36,914 nucleotides of DNA, taken from the NCBI GenBank assembly GCA_017431755.1, contig JAFRKM010000089.1:1-36914 (forward strand), written 5' to 3'. The position numbers were made by a program, and so were the translations under genes. This stretch comes from Clostridia bacterium. GTDB lineage: Bacteria; Bacillota; Clostridia; Oscillospirales; Acutalibacteraceae. Below, piece by piece: positions 32,686-36,914 of the stretch; within the stretch, counting starts at the first letter, position 1, and the number at the start of each line of letters is the position of its first letter. Under the pieces are notes generated by a model that worked only from the letters and a program-made list of their open reading frames with translations, was not told where the DNA came from and searched no databases.

Positions 32686-34371
32686 ATGAGTGAAAGTGAA
32701 GGTATTAAAAAAGAAATCGGTACTGATAGTAACTTTATTTTTGAAGCTGTAAAAAAAGATATTTTCCAAAACGGAAAATTGGCTAAAAGCATTCATACTC
32801 GTTTCCCGCCTGAACCGAATGGTTATTTGCATATTGGTCACGCAAAGGCAATATGTGTAGATTTTGGTGTTGCAAAAAAATTTAATGGTCTTTGCAATCT
32901 TAGAATGGATGATACAAATCCTTCCAAAGAAGATATAGAGTATGTGGATTCTATAAAAGAGGACGTTAAATGGCTTGGTTTTGACTGGGGCGAAAGATTT
33001 TATTATGCTTCAGATTATTTTGATGTTATGTTCGAAAACGCTTGCAGTTTAATCAAAAAAGGTTTAGCTTATGTTTGCGAGCTTAGTGCCGAAGAAGTTA
33101 AAAAAAATCGTGGGGATGCTAAAACCCCGGCAGTAAGTCCGTATCGTGATAGGCCAAGTGAAGAGAGCATGGATTTGTTTTTGCGTATGAAAAAAGGCGA
33201 ATTTCCGGATGGGGAAATGACTCTTAGAGCAAAAATAGACTTGTCTTCTGGTAATTTTAATATGAGAGACCCTGTTATTTATAGAATAAATCATGCCAGC
33301 CATCACAGAACAAAAGACAAATGGTGTATTTACCCTATGTACGACTATGCTCATCCCATTGAAGATATTGTTGAAGGGATAACTCATTCGCTTTGCACGT
33401 TGGAATTTGAAGATCATAGGCCGCTATATGATTGGGTTGTGAATAATTTTGATACAGATAAAAAACCTAAGCAGATTGAATTTGCTAGGCTGAATATTAA
33501 TAATACGGTTATGAGTAAACGCAAATTAAGAAAATTGGTTGAAGAAGGTTATGTAGATGGATGGGATGATCCCAGACTTCCAACTATTTGTGGTTTGAGA
33601 AGGCGTGGATATACTCCGGCTTCGATTAGAAATTTTTGTGATAAAATTGGTGTTTCTAAAGTAATTAGTACTGTAGAGTATTCATTTTTGGAGCATTGTT
33701 TGAGAGATGACTTAAATTTAAAAGCCACACGTGCTATGGCGGTTCTTGATCCAATAAAGCTGATTATAACAAATTATCCTGAAGAAAAATCAGAAGAACT
33801 AGAAATTGAAAATAATCCTAATGATGAAACAGCCGGCAAAAGAAAAATAACATTTTCACGAGAAGTTTATATTGAATCTGATGATTTTGCAGAAAACCCG
33901 CCAAAAAAATATCATAGGCTTTTTGAAGGTAATGAAGTTCGTTTAAAATCGGCATATGTAGTAAAATGTACAGGCTGCAAAAAAGATGAAAATGGCAAAG
34001 TGATTGAGGTTTATGCTGAATATGACCCAAAATCAAAAGGCGGTAATCCTGCAGATGGGCGAAAAATCAGAGGTACAATACATTGGGTTGATGTAAAAAC
34101 AGCAGTAAATGCGCAGATTAATTTGTATGATAATTTATTTTTAAGTTCAAGCCCTGAGCAAGAAGAGGATTTTATAAAAGTTTTGAATCCAAAATCTTTG
34201 GAAGTACTTAAAAATTGTAAAGTGGAAAAATTTTTAAAAAATGTTAAATCAGGTGAATCTTATCAATTTATGCGTAAAGGATATTTTTGTCTCGATAAAA
34301 AAAGTAAAGAAAATAATTTAATTTTTAACCGTAGTGTAGGCCTTAAGGATAATTTTAAAATTAATAAATAA
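32686..34371 (+). CDS. glnS: Glutamine--tRNA ligase
   Basis: [18 protein letters not shown] (HIGH), VMSKRKL (KMSKS), [33 protein letters not shown], plus the C-terminal beta-barrel anticodon-binding region. Confidence 0.95.
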   Translation: MSESEGIKKEIGTDSNFIFEAVKKDIFQNGKLAKSIHTRFPPEPNGYLHIGHAKAICVDFGVAKKFNGLCNLRMDDTNPSKEDIEYVDSIKEDVKWLGFDWGERFYYASDYFDVMFENACSLIKKGLAYVCELSAEEVKKNRGDAKTPAVSPYRDRPSEESMDLFLRMKKGEFPDGEMTLRAKIDLSSGNFNMRDPVIYRINHASHHRTKDKWCIYPMYDYAHPIEDIVEGITHSLCTLEFEDHRPLYDWVVNNFDTDKKPKQIEFARLNINNTVMSKRKLRKLVEEGYVDGWDDPRLPTICGLRRRGYTPASIRNFCDKIGVSKVISTVEYSFLEHCLRDDLNLKATRAMAVLDPIKLIITNYPEEKSEELEIENNPNDETAGKRKITFSREVYIESDDFAENPPKKYHRLFEGNEVRLKSAYVVKCTGCKKDENGKVIEVYAEYDPKSKGGNPADGRKIRGTIHWVDVKTAVNAQINLYDNLFLSSSPEQEEDFIKVLNPKSLEVLKNCKVEKFLKNVKSGESYQFMRKGYFCLDKKSKENNLIFNRSVGLKDNFKINK

Positions 34372-34376
34372 TTTAA

Positions 34377-34406
34377 TTGACTTATATGTTTTTAATATGT
34401 TAGAAT
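34377..34406 (+). promoter_or_regulatory. Candidate promoter (TTGACT-18 nt-TAGAAT with TG extension) for the LRR gene
   Basis: ttgact at 34377-34382, tgttagaat ending at 34406. Confidence 0.4.
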
Positions 34407-34458
34407 TTAACATATATTTCCTAGAAATATTAAATATTTATATTTGGGGGCTGTATTT

Positions 34459-35457
34459 ATGAGAAAAAAAACAATGAAACTTTTTTTACCTATTTTTTTA
34501 ATGTTTGTGGCGTCAATATTTAGTTGTAAATGTGAAGATTTTGAAAAAAATGAATTTTCTTCAGGAGCTAAACATGTTTTAAATGAAAGAACTAGCCAAG
34601 GGGATTTTATTATAGATGAAAATGGGGATTTGACTAGTTATGAAGGATATGCCAAAGAGGTAAATATTCCGGAAGGAGTAGTAAAAATAAATTTTGGTGT
34701 ATTTTCAAACCATGATGAAATTGAAAATATAAATTTTCCAAAAAGTTTAAAAAGTATTGATGAGTGTTCTTTTAGTGAATGTGCAAATATAAAATCACTT
34801 GTTCTTCCGGATAATTTAGAAAAGATAGGACGTTTAGCTTTTCTAAATTGTAATAGTGTTTCTGAAATGCACATAGGCAAAAATTTGAATTTTGTTGATG
34901 AATTATTTGTTTGGGGTTGTATTAATTTAAGAAAAATTGATGTTAATCCTGAAAATAAATGTTATAAATCTTTAGATGGAATACTTTATAATAAAGACTT
35001 AACGGAACTTTGTGTTTGCCCGCAGAATTATGGCGAAAAAGTTATAATTCCGGATAGTGTAATAACATTGAAGGAAATGTCGTTTTTTGAGTGTAAAAAT
35101 TTAAAAGAAGTGGTTTTTGGTAAAAATATTCTGTATGTAAATGAACTTGCTTTTTCTGGTTGTAAAAATTTAAAATTTGTAAAGATGAATGATTTAGTTA
35201 AAAAAATTCGTGCAAATGTTTTTTTTGAATGCACTTCATTAGAAAATATTGTAATAAATGGATCAGTTACTTCATTAGAAAATATGGCTTTTTCTAATTG
35301 TAGCTCGCTTAAAGAAGTAATCTTTATGTCAAAAAATACTAAATTAGGAAATAAAATTTTTGTAGGATGTTCTGAGAATATAAAAATAAAAGCTCCAGCA
35401 GATTCTGAAATGCAAACGTATGCTTCTAAGCATGGTTATAAATTCGAAATTCTTTAA
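34459..35457 (+). CDS. BspA-type leucine-rich repeat (LRR_5) surface protein, probable lipoprotein
   Basis: Signal peptide ending ...VASIFSC. It is followed by about 10 repeats of the ~23-aa pattern (IP.GV..I...AF..C..L..I.). ATG at 34459 follows tggggg. Confidence 0.8.
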   Translation: MRKKTMKLFLPIFLMFVASIFSCKCEDFEKNEFSSGAKHVLNERTSQGDFIIDENGDLTSYEGYAKEVNIPEGVVKINFGVFSNHDEIENINFPKSLKSIDECSFSECANIKSLVLPDNLEKIGRLAFLNCNSVSEMHIGKNLNFVDELFVWGCINLRKIDVNPENKCYKSLDGILYNKDLTELCVCPQNYGEKVIIPDSVITLKEMSFFECKNLKEVVFGKNILYVNELAFSGCKNLKFVKMNDLVKKIRANVFFECTSLENIVINGSVTSLENMAFSNCSSLKEVIFMSKNTKLGNKIFVGCSENIKIKAPADSEMQTYASKHGYKFEIL

Positions 35458-35501
35458 TAAAAATTTCTAATATTTTATTGTTGCAAATCCCTTTTTTGTG
35501 G

Positions 35502-35530
35502 TTTACATTTTTAAATACGATTGCTATAAT
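35502..35530 (+). promoter_or_regulatory. Near-consensus promoter (TTTACA-17 nt-TGcTATAAT) upstream of the nucleotide translocase gene
   Basis: tttaca at 35502-35507, 17-nt spacer, tataat at 35525-35530, preceded by tgc (extended -10). Confidence 0.5.
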
Positions 35531-35624
35531 AGTTCGGTAAGACTATTTTTAAATAGACTGTGAAAATGATTTTGAAATTTTCACAGGTCTATTAATTTGA
35601 GATCATGAAAGGATTGAAAGTTTT

Positions 35625-36914
35625 ATGAACGATGCACCCCCTGCGGGCTCTGCTAATCCTCCTGAGTTTAGCCGTCTTAGGTCAGCATTATTTCCCGTTC
35701 ACGGCTATGAAATGAAAAAATTCATTTCTATGAGTTTACTTATGTTTTTCATTTTATTTGTTTATACTATGGTAAAGGATCTTAAAAATTCACTTGTGCA
35801 ATATTATGCAGTTTTAGGGGGGCCGGAACTTCTTTCTCAGATTAAAGTTTTTTTTGTAATGCCAGCTGCATTTTTGCTTGTTATGCTTTATTCGTTTTTA
35901 ATTAATAAATTTGGGTTCAACAAAACGTTTTACATATTAATTTCATCGTTTTTAACTTTTTATGTAGTTTTTTTGTTAGTTTTATTTCCAAATAGATCAT
36001 ATATACACTTGGATGAAGCTACTGTTAGAGCAATGCAAGCTTCTTGGCCATCTTTTCTTCATTGGACAATTCCGTGTATCACGAACTGGTCTATTACATT
36101 ATTCTATGTTTTTTCAGAACTTTGGGGGACAATGGCAATTTCTTCACTTTTTTGGCAGTTTGCTTACAGAGCGACAATGAAAAGAGAGGTTAAAAGATTT
36201 TTTGGACTTTATGCGGTAATAGGAAATGTGGGAGTGTCATTATCTGGTTTCTTGCTTAATTATATTTCTACAACATGTAAAAAATTAAATCAGCCGCACG
36301 AATTATCTATCTATGTTTGTGTAATTTCTAGTATTTTATGTGGTTTGATTGCAATAGTACTTTTTTGGTATGTTAATCATTTTGTGCTTAAGGATCCAAG
36401 GTGTTTTGACGTAAGCCAAATTAAAGAAAAGAAGAAAAAAGAAAAAGTTGGGATAATGGACGGAATTAGGATTCTTTTTAAATCCCCGTATTTAATGTTA
36501 ATTGGTGCACTTGTTGTGTGCTATGGTGTTGCAATCAATTTCCTTGAAGTTATTTGGCAAGCATATATGAGAATACATTTTCCCGATCCAAATCAATATC
36601 TAAGTACAATGGGAAAACTTTCTATAACCACAGGTATTTTAACTATTTTAGCTGCTGTTATTGGGCAAAATATTATTAGAAAAACAAAGTGGAAGATAGG
36701 TGCTTTAATTCCAGCGTTAATTCTTGGAATATTTGGTAGTCTTTTCTTTGGAATTATTCTTTATGGAAATTATGTTTCTACAAAGATCTTTGGAATTAAT
36801 TTTGTCTTGCTGGCAGTTTGGCTTGGCCTTGCTATAGATGCACTTTCAAAAAGTGTAAAATACTGTTTGTTCGATGCTACAAAGAATATGGCATATCGTC
36901 CGCTTGATGCTGAA
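35625..36914 (+). CDS. TLC/NTT-family nucleotide (ATP/ADP-type) translocase, 3'-truncated by the window end
   Basis: I translated it by hand: 430 codons with no stop, running off the window, so it is absent from the ORF track. Strong matches to rickettsial/chlamydial Tlc signatures: FSELWGTMAISSLFWQFA, VKRFFGLYAVIGNVG, and VKYCLFDATKNMAYRPLD at the end. Multiple TM helices. Confidence 0.9.
   Translation, partial: MNDAPPAGSANPPEFSRLRSALFPVHGYEMKKFISMSLLMFFILFVYTMVKDLKNSLVQYYAVLGGPELLSQIKVFFVMPAAFLLVMLYSFLINKFGFNKTFYILISSFLTFYVVFLLVLFPNRSYIHLDEATVRAMQASWPSFLHWTIPCITNWSITLFYVFSELWGTMAISSLFWQFAYRATMKREVKRFFGLYAVIGNVGVSLSGFLLNYISTTCKKLNQPHELSIYVCVISSILCGLIAIVLFWYVNHFVLKDPRCFDVSQIKEKKKKEKVGIMDGIRILFKSPYLMLIGALVVCYGVAINFLEVIWQAYMRIHFPDPNQYLSTMGKLSITTGILTILAAVIGQNIIRKTKWKIGALIPALILGIFGSLFFGIILYGNYVSTKIFGINFVLLAVWLGLAIDALSKSVKYCLFDATKNMAYRPLDAE

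Noticed and set aside
31237-34371. Tandem gltX-glnS as an anomaly for a Firmicute
   Set aside because: GlnRS is absent from many Firmicutes but is known in clostridial lineages. Both proteins have intact HIGH and KMSKS motifs. The arrangement is ordinary.
1-36914. rRNA genes, IS elements or transposases, prophage structural genes, toxin-antitoxin pairs
   Set aside because: I found none by reading the ORF translations and intergenic regions. Small ORFs under 60 aa were not examined systematically, so small TA or peptide genes cannot be excluded.

Overview
This is an AT-rich (about 30% G+C by eye) chromosomal segment that looks like a Clostridia-type Firmicute. Most of it is housekeeping: dut, mreB-mreC-mreD-PBP2, an MGS-like gene, hisS, dusB, alr, an RsbW/RsbV-type partner-switching pair, tRNA-Thr(CGU), fba, a DUF421/DUF4363 pair, a small glycan module (PglC-like phosphoglycosyl transferase, DegT aminotransferase, Wzy_C/O-antigen-ligase-like protein), nfo, a 1038-aa purple-acid-phosphatase-like protein, a VanY-type carboxypeptidase, gltX, glnS and a BspA-type LRR lipoprotein.

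Two things stand out.

(1) A tightly packed same-strand operon at about 11.3-17.8 kb carries three hallmark parts of contractile injection systems. These are a DUF4255/Pvc16-Afp16-like cap protein with a long poly-acidic tail, a stand-alone DUF4280 PAAR-like protein, and a Pvc15/Afp15-like double AAA+ ATPase. No sheath, tube, spike or baseplate gene is recognisable. The three are interleaved with proteins I cannot place. It sits in an accessory-looking stretch that ends at a T5orf172/GIY-YIG gene apparently co-transcribed with tRNA-Thr.

(2) An ORF that runs off the 3' end of the window, and is therefore absent from the ORF track, encodes a TLC/NTT-family ATP/ADP-type nucleotide translocase. 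That family is typical of obligate intracellular bacteria and plastids.

Smaller oddities are an MGS-like protein with its catalytic residues substituted, an Asn-rich secreted protein abutting hisS, and an orphan partner-switching pair with no sigma factor. All domain calls come from motif recognition by eye; no searches were run.
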